Source: Pseudomonadota bacterium
GTDB lineage: Bacteria > Pseudomonadota > Gammaproteobacteria > Xanthomonadales > Rhodanobacteraceae
Length of the DNA: 64,000 bases
Direction: 5' to 3'
Assembly: GCA_018240465.1 (NCBI GenBank)
Contig: JAFEFS010000073.1
Coordinates: 6,008 to 70,007 of the forward strand
Part shown: in pieces, positions 11,381-21,771 of the stretch
Position numbering within the stretch: the stretch's first letter is position 1
How the letters are laid out: every line of letters begins with the position of its first letter
Notes under the pieces: model-generated
The model's input: the letters and a program-made list of their open reading frames with translations, nothing else
What the model was told of the DNA's origin: nothing
Databases searched by the model: none
Translations under genes and position numbers: made by a program

Positions 11381-11890
11381 ATGAGAAACGAGGAACTGAC
11401 CAATCTGCTGGCGCCCGCGATCGCCGACATGGGGCTGGAATGCCTCGGCGTCGAGTACAGCCCTTCGCATGGCAATTCGCTGGTGCGCGTGTACATCGAT
11501 GCCGCCGACAGACCGGTCACCGTCGACGACTGCGAGCTGGTCAGCCGTCAGGTGTCGGCGTTGTTCGACGTGAATGATCCGATCACGGGGCGCTATACGC
11601 TCGAAGTGTCCTCGCCCGGACTCGATCGCCCGCTGTATACGCCGACGCAGTTTGCGCGTTTCGTCGGCGAGCAGGTGAAAATCGAGCTGAGCCTGCCGTT
11701 CAACGGCCGGCGCCGCTTCCTGGGACCGATCCTCGCGGTCGAGGGCGAGACGATCAAGGTCGAGCAGGATGGTGCCGCGGTGGACATCCCGCACGGCAAC
11801 GTGCAGAAAGCCAAACTCGTGCCGCGATTCGACGAGCCGATGAAGCCGGGAAAAGGCGGCAAAGTGGAAAAAGGTAAAACCAGGAAATAG
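11381..11890 (+). CDS. rimP: Ribosome maturation factor RimP
   Basis: LVRVYID, DDCELVSRQVS, YTLEVSSPGLDRPL; before nusA. Confidence 0.96.
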   Translation: MRNEELTNLLAPAIADMGLECLGVEYSPSHGNSLVRVYIDAADRPVTVDDCELVSRQVSALFDVNDPITGRYTLEVSSPGLDRPLYTPTQFARFVGEQVKIELSLPFNGRRRFLGPILAVEGETIKVEQDGAAVDIPHGNVQKAKLVPRFDEPMKPGKGGKVEKGKTRK

Positions 11891-12024
11891 GTAGAACTGC
11901 AGAATTCGGCCCGCGGCGGTCTTCACCCCCCCTTGAGTCAAGGGGCGGTCGCAGCCCGGATTGTGGTGGTACGTGCGCAAGTCGAAGTCCCGACGATGGG
12001 GCCTTCTCGAACAAAGGTGTGACG

Positions 12025-13518
12025 ATGAGTAAAGAAATGTTGTTGGTGGCCGATGCGGTCGCGAACGAAAAAGGCGTTGAACGAGACGTGATCTTCCATG
12101 CGCTCGAGGCGGCACTCGCCTCCGCTGCGAAGAAGCGTTATCCGGACGAAGACGTCGCCGCGCGCGTGGCGATCGATCGCCACAGCGGCGAGTACGAGAC
12201 GTTCCGCCGCTGGGAGGTCGTCGCGGACGACGTGGTCATGGAGTCGCCCGATCGCCAGTTGCGCCTGATGGACGCAATCGACGTCAAACCGGACGCACAG
12301 GTCGGCGATTTCATCGAGGAAAAGATCGACAATCCCGACTTTGGCCGCATCTCCGCGCAGGCCGCCAAGCAGGTCATCGTGCAGCATGTGCGCGAAGCCG
12401 AGCGTGCGCTCGTGGTCGCGGCGTTCAAGGATCGTGTCGGCGAACTCGTCACCGGCGTGGTCAAGCGCGTCGAACGCGGCAGCATCTATCTCGACCTCGG
12501 CGGCAATGCCGAAGCCTACATCGCGCGCGACAAGGCGATTCCGCGCGAAGCGGTGCGCGCGGGCGACCGCGTGCGCGGCTATCTTTACGAGGTGCGCGCC
12601 GAGCAGCGCGGCCCGCAGTTGTTCGTCTCGCGCACCGCGCCGGAATTCATGATCGAGCTGTTCAAGCTCGAAGTGCCCGAAGTCGGCCAGGGGCTGGTCG
12701 AGATCAAGGCCGCGGCACGCGACGCGGGCGACCGCGCCAAGATCGCAGTGCTCGCGCACGATCATCGCACCGACCCGATCGGCGCCTGCATCGGCATGCG
12801 TGGATCGCGCGTGCAGGCGGTGTCGAACGAACTCAACGGCGAGCGTATCGACATCGTCCTGTGGAACGAAAACCACGCGCAGTTCGTGATCAACGCGATG
12901 GCGCCGGCCGAGGTGCAGTCGATCATCGTCGACGAGGACAAGCACTCGATGGACATTGCCGTCGCCGAGGACAAGCTCTCGCAGGCGATCGGCCGCGGCG
13001 GCCAGAACGTGCGCCTCGCCTCCAAGCTTTCGGGCTGGCAGCTCAATGTGATGACCCAGGACCAGGTCGCGGCCAAGTCCGAGGCCGAACAGACCGCGGC
13101 ACGCGAGCTGTTCCAGCAAAAGCTCGAGGTCGATGCGGAAATCGCCGCGATCCTCGTCCAGGAAGGTTTCAGCACGGTCGAGGAAATCGCCTACGTGCCG
13201 ACCGCGGAACTGCTCGGCATCGAAGGCTTCGACGAGGACATCGTCGAGGAGTTGCGCGCGCGTGCGCGCGATGCGCTGCTCACCGACGCGCTCGCGGTCG
13301 AGGAAGACATCGACGAGCACAAACCGGCGGACGATCTTCTCGCGGTGACGGGCATGGACGAGGCGACCGCATTCACGCTCGCCCAGCACAAGGTCGTCAC
13401 GCGCCAGGATCTGGCCGATCTGGCGACCGACGAGCTGGTCGAGTTCGCCATCGACGGTGTCGACGAAAAGCGCGCGTCGGCGCTGATCATGGCGGCAAGA
13501 CAGGCTGAGGCGGCGTAG
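12025..13518 (+). CDS. nusA: Transcription elongation factor NusA
   Basis: FGRISAQAAKQVI, S1/KH domains, DPIGACIGMRGSRVQAV, IGRGGQNVRLA; ATG 12025 (GTG 12019 alternative). Confidence 0.97.
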   Translation: MSKEMLLVADAVANEKGVERDVIFHALEAALASAAKKRYPDEDVAARVAIDRHSGEYETFRRWEVVADDVVMESPDRQLRLMDAIDVKPDAQVGDFIEEKIDNPDFGRISAQAAKQVIVQHVREAERALVVAAFKDRVGELVTGVVKRVERGSIYLDLGGNAEAYIARDKAIPREAVRAGDRVRGYLYEVRAEQRGPQLFVSRTAPEFMIELFKLEVPEVGQGLVEIKAAARDAGDRAKIAVLAHDHRTDPIGACIGMRGSRVQAVSNELNGERIDIVLWNENHAQFVINAMAPAEVQSIIVDEDKHSMDIAVAEDKLSQAIGRGGQNVRLASKLSGWQLNVMTQDQVAAKSEAEQTAARELFQQKLEVDAEIAAILVQEGFSTVEEIAYVPTAELLGIEGFDEDIVEELRARARDALLTDALAVEEDIDEHKPADDLLAVTGMDEATAFTLAQHKVVTRQDLADLATDELVEFAIDGVDEKRASALIMAARQAEAA

Positions 13519-13667
13519 CCGGCGCCGGGCAGAGAACGAATCAGGTGTGCGTATGAACACTTGAAAACACGCGAGTCGTCGTCGCGCGGAAGCGTGGATG
13601 GCGACGCAGAAACAGAAGGCGGTGCGCGAGTCACGACTGCGCATCGCTGCGAGGAGAAGCAGGAATC

Positions 13668-16304
13668 ATGTCGGACGTAACGATCAAACAACTCGCCGGT
13701 GTACTCGGCATGAGCGTGGACAAGCTGCTCACCCAGCTTGACGGCGCCGGCATGAAATTTTCGAGTCCCGACCAGGTCGTCTCGAGCACCGAAAAGGTCA
13801 AGCTGCTCGGCTTCCTGCGCCGCACACACGGCAAAGGCGAGAGCTCCGGCGGCAGCGAGGACAGCGCGCCGCGCCAGGTCACGCTCAAGCGCCGCACGGT
13901 CAGCGAACTGACGGTCAATCAGGGCGCGACGCGAGGCAAGACGGTCAATGTCGAAGTGCGACAGAAGCGCACCTACGTCAAGCGCAGCGAGATTCCCGAC
14001 GAACAGAAGCCCGACGCGGAGCGCGAAGATGCGCTGAAAAAGCTCGCCGAATCGCAGCTCAAGCGCGAGACCGAGGAAATCACGCGCCAGGACCAGGAGC
14101 GCCGCCGCCTCGAGGAAGAGGCCAAGCTGCGCGCCGCCGAGGAAGCGCGCGCGCGCGCCGAAGCCGAGGCGCGCGAAGCGCAGGCCAAGCTGGCCGCAGA
14201 ACAGGCCGGCAACGCCGCGGCGACGGTGGAGAAACAGCCCGAACGCGCGGCAAAATCCGAAACCGCGGCGCCGGCGCGCAAGCCGGCCGAGGCTCCGCGT
14301 CCGCGTCCCGCGCGCGCCAATGGCGAGGCTGAGGGGGCCGCGCATGCCGCCAATCGGCACAAGAAGCATGGTTCGCATCGCATGCCCAGCGAGGGAGACG
14401 GCGCGCCGCGCTATTTCGGTGCCGAACTGCACCTCTCCGACGAGGGGCACGCGCGTCGCGGCGCGATCAAGCGCAAGCCGCGCCGCCAGGTCGAGCAGGT
14501 GCGCTCGCCGTCGGGCGGCCCGCATGGTTTTTCACGTCCGACCGCGCCGGTGACGCGCGACATCCCGATCGGCGAATCGATCCTCGTCTCCGACCTTGCC
14601 CAGAAGATGGCGGTCAAGGGCGCAGACGTAGTGAAGGCGCTGTTCAAGATGGGCGTGATGGCGACGATCAACCAGCCGATCGATCACGACACCGCGGTGC
14701 TCGTCGTCGAGGAACTCGGCCACAAGGCCACGCGCCTCGAGGAGCACGACGCCGAGACCACGCTTGCCAGAGTGGAGATCGTCGGCGACAGAGAGCCGCG
14801 TCCGCCCGTGGTCACGATCATGGGCCACGTCGATCACGGCAAGACTTCGTTGCTCGATTACATCCGTCGCACCAAGGTCGCCTCCGGCGAAGCCGGCGGC
14901 ATCACCCAGCACATCGGTGCATACCACGTGAAGACCGATCGCGGCGTGATCTCGTTCCTCGACACGCCGGGCCATGCCGCGTTCAGCGCGATGCGCGCGC
15001 GCGGTGCGAAGCTGACCGACATTGTCGTTCTCGTCGTCGCCGCCGACGATGGCGTGATGCCGCAGACGATCGAGGCGATCAATCATGCACGCGCCGCGAA
15101 GGTGCCGCTGATTGTCGCGATGAACAAGATGGACAAGCCGGAAGCGAATCCGGATCAGGTCAAGCAGGGTCTCGTGCAGCACGAGGTCGTGCCGGAAGAG
15201 TGGGGTGGCGACGTGCAGATCGTGCCGGTGTCGGCCAAGACCGGCGACGGCGTCGACAACCTGCTCGAAGCGATCCTGCTGCAGGCCGAGGTCATGGAAC
15301 TGACCGCGGTGAAGGACGGCCTGGGCTCCGGTGTCGTCGTCGAATCCAGTCTCGACAAGGGCCGTGGCCCGGTCGCGACCGTGCTCGTCCAGCAGGGTAC
15401 GCTGAAGAAGGGCGATTTCATCGTTTGCGGCGTCGAGTACGGCCGTGTGCGCGCGCTGTTCAACGAAGGCGGCCAGCAGGTCGATTCGGCCGGCCCGTCG
15501 ATTCCGGTGCAGTTGCTCGGCCTCTCCGGCGTTCCCGATGCGGGCGACGACTTCATCGTCGTCCAGGACGAACGTCTGGCCAAGGACGTCGCGCTCGAGC
15601 GCCAGCACAAGCGCCGCGACGCGCGCCTGCTCAAGCAGGCCGGCAATCGCATGGAAGACATCATGGCGCAGATGGGCCAGGGCGAGGGCCAGCAGACGCT
15701 GAACCTCGTGGTCAAGGCCGACGTGCAAGGCTCGGCCGAAGCGCTGCGCGACGCGTTGACCAAGATCGGCAATGACAAGATCAAGGTGCACGTGATCGGC
15801 TCGGGCGTCGGCGGCATCACCGAATCCGATGCTACGCTGGCCGCCGCATCGAAGGCCGTGATCATCGGCTTCAACGTGCGTGCCGATGCCTCCGCGCGCA
15901 AGATCATCGAGGCGAACGGTCTGGATCTGCGCTATTTCTCGATCATCTACGACGTGATCGACCAGGTGAAGCAGGTGGCTTCCGGCTTGCTCGGCAACGA
16001 GATCCGCGAGGAGATCATCGGCGTGGCGCAGGTGCGCGATGTGTTCCGCTCGTCCAAGTTCGGCGCGATCGCCGGTTGCATGGTCATCGAGGGCACGGTC
16101 AAGCGCAACAAGCCGATCCGCGTGTTGCGCGACAATACCGTGATCTTCCAGGGCGAGCTCGAATCGCTGCGCCGCTTCAAGGAGAGCGTCGAGGAAGTGC
16201 GCAACGGCATGGAGTGCGGCATTGGCGTCAAACAGTACAACGACGTCAAGCCGGGCGACCAGATCGAATGCTTCGAGCGCATCGAAGTGGCAAGGACGCT
16301 GTAA
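13668..16304 (+). CDS. infB: Translation initiation factor IF-2
   Basis: [24 protein letters not shown] GTPase motifs. Confidence 0.98.
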   Translation: MSDVTIKQLAGVLGMSVDKLLTQLDGAGMKFSSPDQVVSSTEKVKLLGFLRRTHGKGESSGGSEDSAPRQVTLKRRTVSELTVNQGATRGKTVNVEVRQKRTYVKRSEIPDEQKPDAEREDALKKLAESQLKRETEEITRQDQERRRLEEEAKLRAAEEARARAEAEAREAQAKLAAEQAGNAAATVEKQPERAAKSETAAPARKPAEAPRPRPARANGEAEGAAHAANRHKKHGSHRMPSEGDGAPRYFGAELHLSDEGHARRGAIKRKPRRQVEQVRSPSGGPHGFSRPTAPVTRDIPIGESILVSDLAQKMAVKGADVVKALFKMGVMATINQPIDHDTAVLVVEELGHKATRLEEHDAETTLARVEIVGDREPRPPVVTIMGHVDHGKTSLLDYIRRTKVASGEAGGITQHIGAYHVKTDRGVISFLDTPGHAAFSAMRARGAKLTDIVVLVVAADDGVMPQTIEAINHARAAKVPLIVAMNKMDKPEANPDQVKQGLVQHEVVPEEWGGDVQIVPVSAKTGDGVDNLLEAILLQAEVMELTAVKDGLGSGVVVESSLDKGRGPVATVLVQQGTLKKGDFIVCGVEYGRVRALFNEGGQQVDSAGPSIPVQLLGLSGVPDAGDDFIVVQDERLAKDVALERQHKRRDARLLKQAGNRMEDIMAQMGQGEGQQTLNLVVKADVQGSAEALRDALTKIGNDKIKVHVIGSGVGGITESDATLAAASKAVIIGFNVRADASARKIIEANGLDLRYFSIIYDVIDQVKQVASGLLGNEIREEIIGVAQVRDVFRSSKFGAIAGCMVIEGTVKRNKPIRVLRDNTVIFQGELESLRRFKESVEEVRNGMECGIGVKQYNDVKPGDQIECFERIEVARTL

Positions 16305-16338
16305 GGGATCGGGGTTCGGAAGGGCGGAAGCTCCTTGC

Positions 16339-16368
16339 CCGTCATTCCCGCCTTCGCGGGAATGACGG
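16339..16368. repeat. Perfect GTCAT-type palindrome after infB
   Basis: CCGTCATTCCCGC-CTTC-GCGGGAATGACGG, 13-bp perfect stem. Confidence 0.8.
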
Positions 16369-16410
16369 CGTTGGAAATCCGCCGCGTCAGGGCAACGTCG
16401 CGGGGCAATC

Positions 16411-17496
16411 ATGATTTTTCGGCGACTCAAACTACCGCTGCTGTTCGGCATCACGCTTGCCGCTTCCGTGCAGGCACAGGAATCTCTCCCCCAAATCGAC
16501 GCCACCGGCACAGTCTCCGCGCCTGCCGCGCGCTTTCCGTTCTCGGTTTTCGCATCGAAGGAAGCGCTCGCGCGTTTCGGCGAGATATTCAAGGAAGGAA
16601 AGGCCGCGCCGCCGCTGGGTCAGGACATCCAGGCCAGCCGCACCTTTTACGACAAGATCAACAGTGATCGCGCCGAGCGCATGAAGAAGCTCTACCCGGT
16701 CGAGATCGCAGCGCGGAAATTCGGCGGGGTCGCCGCGGAAGTGGTGACGCCAAAAGGCGGCGTCGCACCGCGCAATGCGCAACGCGTGCTGATCAACCTG
16801 CACGGCGACGCCTTTCTCTGGGGCGCGGGCTCGGGCGGCATGGTCGAGGCGATCCCGATTGCGAGCGTCGGCAAGATCAAGGTCGTCACGGTTGACTACC
16901 GCCAGGGTCCCGAGCACGCGTTCCCGGCTGCGAGCGAGGACGTGGAAAAGGTATACCGGGAATTGTTGAAGACGCATCGGGCCCAGGACATCGGCATCTA
17001 CGGCTGTTCGGCCGGCGGCGCACTGACCGCGGAAGCGACCGCATGGCTGCAGACCAGAAACCTGCCCGTGCCGGGTGCGATCGGCATCTTCTGCGCCGGC
17101 GTGGTCGATTTCAACGGCGATTCGGCGTATACGGCGCATCTTCTGATGGGCGAAACGGTGCCCGTGCGGTTCTTTCCGCTGACGAGGCTGCCGTATTTCA
17201 AAGGCGCCGATCCGGCGAGTCCGCTGGTGTTGCCGGGCGTGTCCTCGAGCGTGCTCGCGAAATTTCCGCCGACCCTGCTCGTTTCCGGCTCGCGCGATTT
17301 CACGATGAGCGCGACGCTGCGCAGCAACGAGCTGCTGACCGAGGCCGGCGTGAAAACCGAACTGCATGTCTGGGAAGGCATGTGGCATTCGTTCTTCTCC
17401 GATCCGGAGCTGCCGGAATCGAAGGCGATGTATGCCGTTGTGGCGCATTTCTTTGATCGTGAACTTGGCGGTGCCGGCGCGGACCGGAAGCATTGA
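16411..17496 (+). CDS. Secreted alpha/beta hydrolase (HSL/abhydrolase_3 esterase family)
   Basis: Signal peptide (LLFGITLAASVQA); LHGDAF, VDYRQGPEH, GCSAGG nucleophile, GSRD, GMWH. Confidence 0.85.
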   Translation: MIFRRLKLPLLFGITLAASVQAQESLPQIDATGTVSAPAARFPFSVFASKEALARFGEIFKEGKAAPPLGQDIQASRTFYDKINSDRAERMKKLYPVEIAARKFGGVAAEVVTPKGGVAPRNAQRVLINLHGDAFLWGAGSGGMVEAIPIASVGKIKVVTVDYRQGPEHAFPAASEDVEKVYRELLKTHRAQDIGIYGCSAGGALTAEATAWLQTRNLPVPGAIGIFCAGVVDFNGDSAYTAHLLMGETVPVRFFPLTRLPYFKGADPASPLVLPGVSSSVLAKFPPTLLVSGSRDFTMSATLRSNELLTEAGVKTELHVWEGMWHSFFSDPELPESKAMYAVVAHFFDRELGGAGADRKH

Positions 17497-17498
17497 GC

Positions 17499-17843
17499 AT
17501 GGCCACCCGTTCCTTCAACCGTGCCGACCGCCTTTCCGCCGAACTTCGCCGCCTGCTCGGCACGATGGTGCACCAGGCCGTGCGCGACAACGCGCTGCCG
17601 TCGATGAGCGTGTCCGACGTGGAGGTCACCAGGGATTTCGACGTCGCGACGATCTTCGTTACCGCCCTGCTGCCCGACACGGCGAAGGACGGCGTGAAAG
17701 CACTCAACGAACTCGCCAAGGAATTCCGTCGTGAGCTGTCGCGCACGATGAACATCCGCCGCGTGCCTGAACTGCGCTTTCGCTACGACGATTCGCTCGA
17801 TCGCGGCGAACGTATCGAAGCTTTGCTGCGCGAGAAGCCGTGA
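17499..17843 (+). CDS. rbfA: Ribosome-binding factor A
   Basis: [26 protein letters not shown]; before truB. Confidence 0.95.
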   Translation: MATRSFNRADRLSAELRRLLGTMVHQAVRDNALPSMSVSDVEVTRDFDVATIFVTALLPDTAKDGVKALNELAKEFRRELSRTMNIRRVPELRFRYDDSLDRGERIEALLREKP

Positions 17844-18772
17844 AGCGGGAGTTTCGCGATGTTTCCGGCATTCTGTTGTTCGACAAACCGCCGGGGTTGA
17901 GTTCAAACCAGGCACTGCAAAAGGTGCGTCACCTGTTCCGCGCACAGAAGGCGGGCCATACCGGCAGCCTTGATCCGCTGGCGACGGGCCTTTTGCCGAT
18001 CTGCTTCGGCGAAGCGACCAAGATTGCGGGCTACCTGCTCGGTGCGCGCAAGGCGTATATGGCGCGATGTCGGTTGGGCGCAACCACGACGACCGACGAT
18101 GCGGAAGGCGAGGTCGTCGACGTTCGCCCGGTCCCGGCCTTCGATGAAACCACGATTCGATCCGTGCTGGCGACGCTGCGCGGGCGCATCGTGCAGATTC
18201 CTCCGGCGTATTCCGCGATCAAGCAGGGCGGCGTGCCGTTGTACAAGCGCGCGCGCCGCGGTGAGGAGGTCGATGTTCCCGCGCGCGAGGTCGAGGTCTT
18301 CGCATTTGATCTGCTCGCGTGCGCAGGCGATGTGCTCGAACTGCACGTCGAATGCGGCTCCGGCACCTACGTGCGCAGCCTCGTGCGCGATCTCGGCGCA
18401 AAGCTTGGCTGCGGTGCGCACCTGACCGCGTTGCGTCGCGAATGGGTGGAACCATTCAGGCAGCCGGCGATGCGGACTCTGGCACAACTCGAACACATCC
18501 ACGGCGAGCGGGGACCGGCCGGCCTCGATGAACTGCTGCTGCCGCTCGGACAAGGCCTGGCGGCCTTGCCGGCGTTGAGCCTGTCCCCGCCGCAGGCGAT
18601 CGCGTTGCGTCAGGGCAAGCGACTGGAGCGCACTGGCATGGAGGCTGCGCCGCTGTGCCGGGCGCTCGATGGACAGGGAAATCTGGTGGCCCTGGTCGAA
18701 ATCGGCATCGACGGTGGAGCGCGCGTGCTGCGTGGCTTCAACGCCGCGGCTACTGGGCAGGTCATCGAGTGA
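17840..18772 (+). CDS. truB: tRNA pseudouridine(55) synthase
   Basis: [32 protein letters not shown]. Confidence 0.97.
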   Translation: MKREFRDVSGILLFDKPPGLSSNQALQKVRHLFRAQKAGHTGSLDPLATGLLPICFGEATKIAGYLLGARKAYMARCRLGATTTTDDAEGEVVDVRPVPAFDETTIRSVLATLRGRIVQIPPAYSAIKQGGVPLYKRARRGEEVDVPAREVEVFAFDLLACAGDVLELHVECGSGTYVRSLVRDLGAKLGCGAHLTALRREWVEPFRQPAMRTLAQLEHIHGERGPAGLDELLLPLGQGLAALPALSLSPPQAIALRQGKRLERTGMEAAPLCRALDGQGNLVALVEIGIDGGARVLRGFNAAATGQVIE

Positions 18773-18783
18773 GGATTGTTTTG

Positions 18784-18796
18784 TAATTGGTTGATT
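18784..18796 (-). promoter_or_regulatory. IHF-consensus site upstream of rpsO
   Basis: Minus strand AATCAA-CCAA-TTA matches WATCAANNNNTTR, next to an AT-rich tract in a GC-rich genome. Confidence 0.5.
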
Positions 18797-19040
18797 ATTA
18801 AATAATTTCCAATAGATCTATTCGTCGGGATCCGTGCCGCCGTCCGGTTCGCTGCCCTGCACGAAGTTTTCGGCGGCGCGCCACCCCACGTCGGCGCAAA
18901 AAACGGTTACAATGAGTGGCTTCGTTCCGTTGTAGCGAAGCATTTTTTTCATCCATCGAAACCGATCCACTAACGCGGGCCGCGCTGACCCACAAGACGT
19001 CAGCTGATCCGCGCCGGACGCTTCATCAAAGGCAAACATC

Positions 19041-19310
19041 ATGTCTCTCTCCGTCGAACAGACCAGCAAGGTCATTGCAGAATACCGCCGTGCGCCGAAC
19101 GATACCGGCTCTCCCGAAGTGCAGGTCGCGCTGCTTTCCGCGCGCATCGAGCACCTCTCCAAGCATTTCGCCGACCACGACAAGGACCACCATTCGCGTC
19201 GCGGCCTGCTCAAGATGGTCAATCAGCGCCGCAGTCTTCTGGCTTACCTCAAGAAGTCCGATGCGGAGCGCTACAAGACGCTGATCGAGCGTCTTGGTCT
19301 GCGCCGCTAA
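19041..19310 (+). CDS. rpsO: 30S ribosomal protein S15
   Basis: [24 protein letters not shown]; 89 aa. Confidence 0.98.
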   Translation: MSLSVEQTSKVIAEYRRAPNDTGSPEVQVALLSARIEHLSKHFADHDKDHHSRRGLLKMVNQRRSLLAYLKKSDAERYKTLIERLGLRR

Positions 19311-19322
19311 GCAACATCACCC

Positions 19323-19406
19323 GTCATCCCGGCGCATGCCGGGATGATCCATTTTCAGGGCTCGAAAACCAGTACAGCATTCCCTCCCGCTCGCGCGGGA
19401 TTGTGA
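19323..19406. repeat. GTCAT-type palindrome plus decayed partner between rpsO and pnp
   Basis: TCATCCCGGC-GCAT-GCCGGGATGA then TCCA (19324-19351); degenerate CCCGCTCGCGCGGGATTGTGA near 19386-19406. Confidence 0.65.
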
Positions 19407-19525
19407 AGGCAGGATGCCGAAGCGAACATTCGCGCAGCGAATGGCTCCGGGGCGAGCCGCAGGACGCGGCGCATTGACGAGCAAAAGGGGTCTTGCGACC
19501 TCGCAAACGATTCAAGGAATCCAAC

Positions 19526-21628
19526 GTGGCAAAAGTAACCAAGTCGTTCCAGTACGGAAATCAGACGGTCACGCTCGAGACGGGCGAAATCGCCCGCCAG
19601 GCGTCCGGTGCGGTGATGGTGTCGATGGGCGGTACCGTAGTGCTGGTCACCGCGGTCGCCGCGGCAAAGGCGAAGGAGGGGCAGGATTTCTTCCCGCTCA
19701 CCGTCGACTATGTCGAGAAGTTCTACTCCGCCGGCCGCATTCCGGGCGGTTTCTTCAAGCGTGAAGGCCGCCCGACCGAGAAGGAGACGCTGACCAGCCG
19801 CCTCATCGATCGTCCGGTGCGTCCGTTGTTCCCGGAAGAGTACAAGAACGAAGTGCAGGTCATCGCTCAGGTTGTTTCGCTCAACCCGGAAATCGACGGC
19901 GACATTCCGGCGATGATCGGCGCTTCCGCCGCGCTGTCGCTGGCCGGCATCCCGTTCAAGGGTCCGATCGGCGCCGCGCGCGTCGGCTACGCGAACGGCC
20001 AGTATCTGCTCAACCCCACCGCGACGGAACTGAAAACCTCCGATCTCGACCTCGTCGTCGCCGGCACCTCGAACGCCGTGCTGATGGTCGAATCCGAAGC
20101 CAAGCTGCTCAGCGAAGACGTCATGCTCGGCGCGGTCGTATTCGGCCACAAGGCGATGCAGGTCGTGATCAACGCGATCAATGAGCTGACGGTCGAGGCC
20201 GGCACCAAGCCGTCGGCATGGACCGCCCCGGCGAAGAACGACGCCGCGATCGGCGCGCTCAAGGAAGCGGTCGGCAATCAGCTCGGCAAGGCGTTCCAGA
20301 TTCGCGACAAGCTGCAGCGCCGCGACGCGATCGCCGCGATCAAGCAGGACGTGTTGACCGGCCTCGCCGGCCGCATCGAGGCGGAGAAGTGGGACAAGGC
20401 CGAACTCGCCAAGGAATTCGGTGAACTCGAATACCGCACGCTGCGCGACTCCGTGCTCGCGAGCAAGGTGCGCATCGACGGGCGCAAGCTCGACGACATC
20501 CGTCCGATCACGGTGCGCGTCGGCGTACTGCCGCGCACCCACGGCTCGGCGCTGTTCACGCGCGGCGAGACGCAAGCGCTGGTCGTCGTCACGCTCGGCA
20601 CCGCGCGCGACGCGCAGATCATCGACGCGCCGGAAGGGGAGTCGAAGGATCCGTTCCTGTTCCACTACAACTTCCCGCCGTTCTCGGTCGGTGAAGCCGG
20701 CCGCTTCGGCGCGCCGAAGCGCCGCGAGATCGGCCACGGCCGCCTTGCCAAGCGCGGCGTGCAGGCGGTCAAGCCGACGATGGAGGCCTTCCCGTACGTG
20801 GTGCGCGTGGTCTCGGAGATCACCGAGTCGAACGGCTCCTCGTCGATGGCCTCGGTCTGCGGCTCCTCGCTTGCGATGATGGACGCGGGCGTGCCGCTCA
20901 GGTCGCCGGTCGCGGGTATCGCGATGGGCCTGGTCAAGGAGGGCGACAACTTTGTCGTGCTGTCGGACATCCTCGGCGACGAGGATCACCTCGGCGACAT
21001 GGATTTCAAGGTCGCCGGTTCCGCCGACGGCATCAGTGCGCTGCAGATGGACATCAAGATCGACGGTATCACCGAGGAGATCATGAAGGTCGCGCTCGCG
21101 CAGGCCAAGCAAGGGCGTCTGCACATCCTCGGCGAAATGGGCAAGGTGATCACGACCTCGCGCACCGAGATGAGCGAATTCGCGCCGCGCCTGATGACGA
21201 TGAAGATCCACCCCGACAAGATCCGCGAAGTCATCGGCAAGGGCGGCAGCGTGATCCGCGGCATCACCGAAGAGACTGGCGCCACGATCGACATCAGCGA
21301 CGACGGCACGATCGTCATCGCTTCGGTCAACCGCGAAGCGGCCGACGCGGCCAAGGCGCGCATCGAGCAGATCGTCTCCGACGTCGAGCCGGGCCGCATC
21401 TACGAGGGCAAGGTCGCCAAGCTCATGGACTTCGGCGCGTTCGTCACCATCCTGCCGGGCAAGGACGGCCTCGTCCACGTCTCGCAGATTTCCAACGAGC
21501 GCGTCGAGAAGGTTTCCGACAAGCTCAAGGAGGGCGACATCGTCAAGGTCAAGGTGCTCGAAGTCGACAAGCAGGGCCGCATCCGCCTGTCGATGAAGGC
21601 GGTGAATGAAGAAGCCGGTGTGGCGTAA
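19526..21628 (+). CDS. pnp: Polyribonucleotide nucleotidyltransferase (PNPase)
   Basis: [46 protein letters not shown] and S1; GTG 19526. Confidence 0.98.
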   Translation: MAKVTKSFQYGNQTVTLETGEIARQASGAVMVSMGGTVVLVTAVAAAKAKEGQDFFPLTVDYVEKFYSAGRIPGGFFKREGRPTEKETLTSRLIDRPVRPLFPEEYKNEVQVIAQVVSLNPEIDGDIPAMIGASAALSLAGIPFKGPIGAARVGYANGQYLLNPTATELKTSDLDLVVAGTSNAVLMVESEAKLLSEDVMLGAVVFGHKAMQVVINAINELTVEAGTKPSAWTAPAKNDAAIGALKEAVGNQLGKAFQIRDKLQRRDAIAAIKQDVLTGLAGRIEAEKWDKAELAKEFGELEYRTLRDSVLASKVRIDGRKLDDIRPITVRVGVLPRTHGSALFTRGETQALVVVTLGTARDAQIIDAPEGESKDPFLFHYNFPPFSVGEAGRFGAPKRREIGHGRLAKRGVQAVKPTMEAFPYVVRVVSEITESNGSSSMASVCGSSLAMMDAGVPLRSPVAGIAMGLVKEGDNFVVLSDILGDEDHLGDMDFKVAGSADGISALQMDIKIDGITEEIMKVALAQAKQGRLHILGEMGKVITTSRTEMSEFAPRLMTMKIHPDKIREVIGKGGSVIRGITEETGATIDISDDGTIVIASVNREAADAAKARIEQIVSDVEPGRIYEGKVAKLMDFGAFVTILPGKDGLVHVSQISNERVEKVSDKLKEGDIVKVKVLEVDKQGRIRLSMKAVNEEAGVA

Positions 21629-21648
21629 TTCGCCCCTCGTTCCAGCGA

Positions 21649-21682
21649 CAACAAAAAACGCGCCTCGGCGCGTTTTTTGTTG
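21649..21682 (+). terminator. Bidirectional intrinsic terminator after pnp
   Basis: CAACAAAAAACGCGCC-TC-GGCGCGTTTTTTGTTG. Confidence 0.85.
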
Positions 21683-21771
21683 GCCGAGAAGCAGCCTTGT
21701 CGCACCTCGTTCGCGTAGTGCGATCGCGGCAAACGCGTGCTAGCATCGAAAACGAATCTGGAGACACAGGC

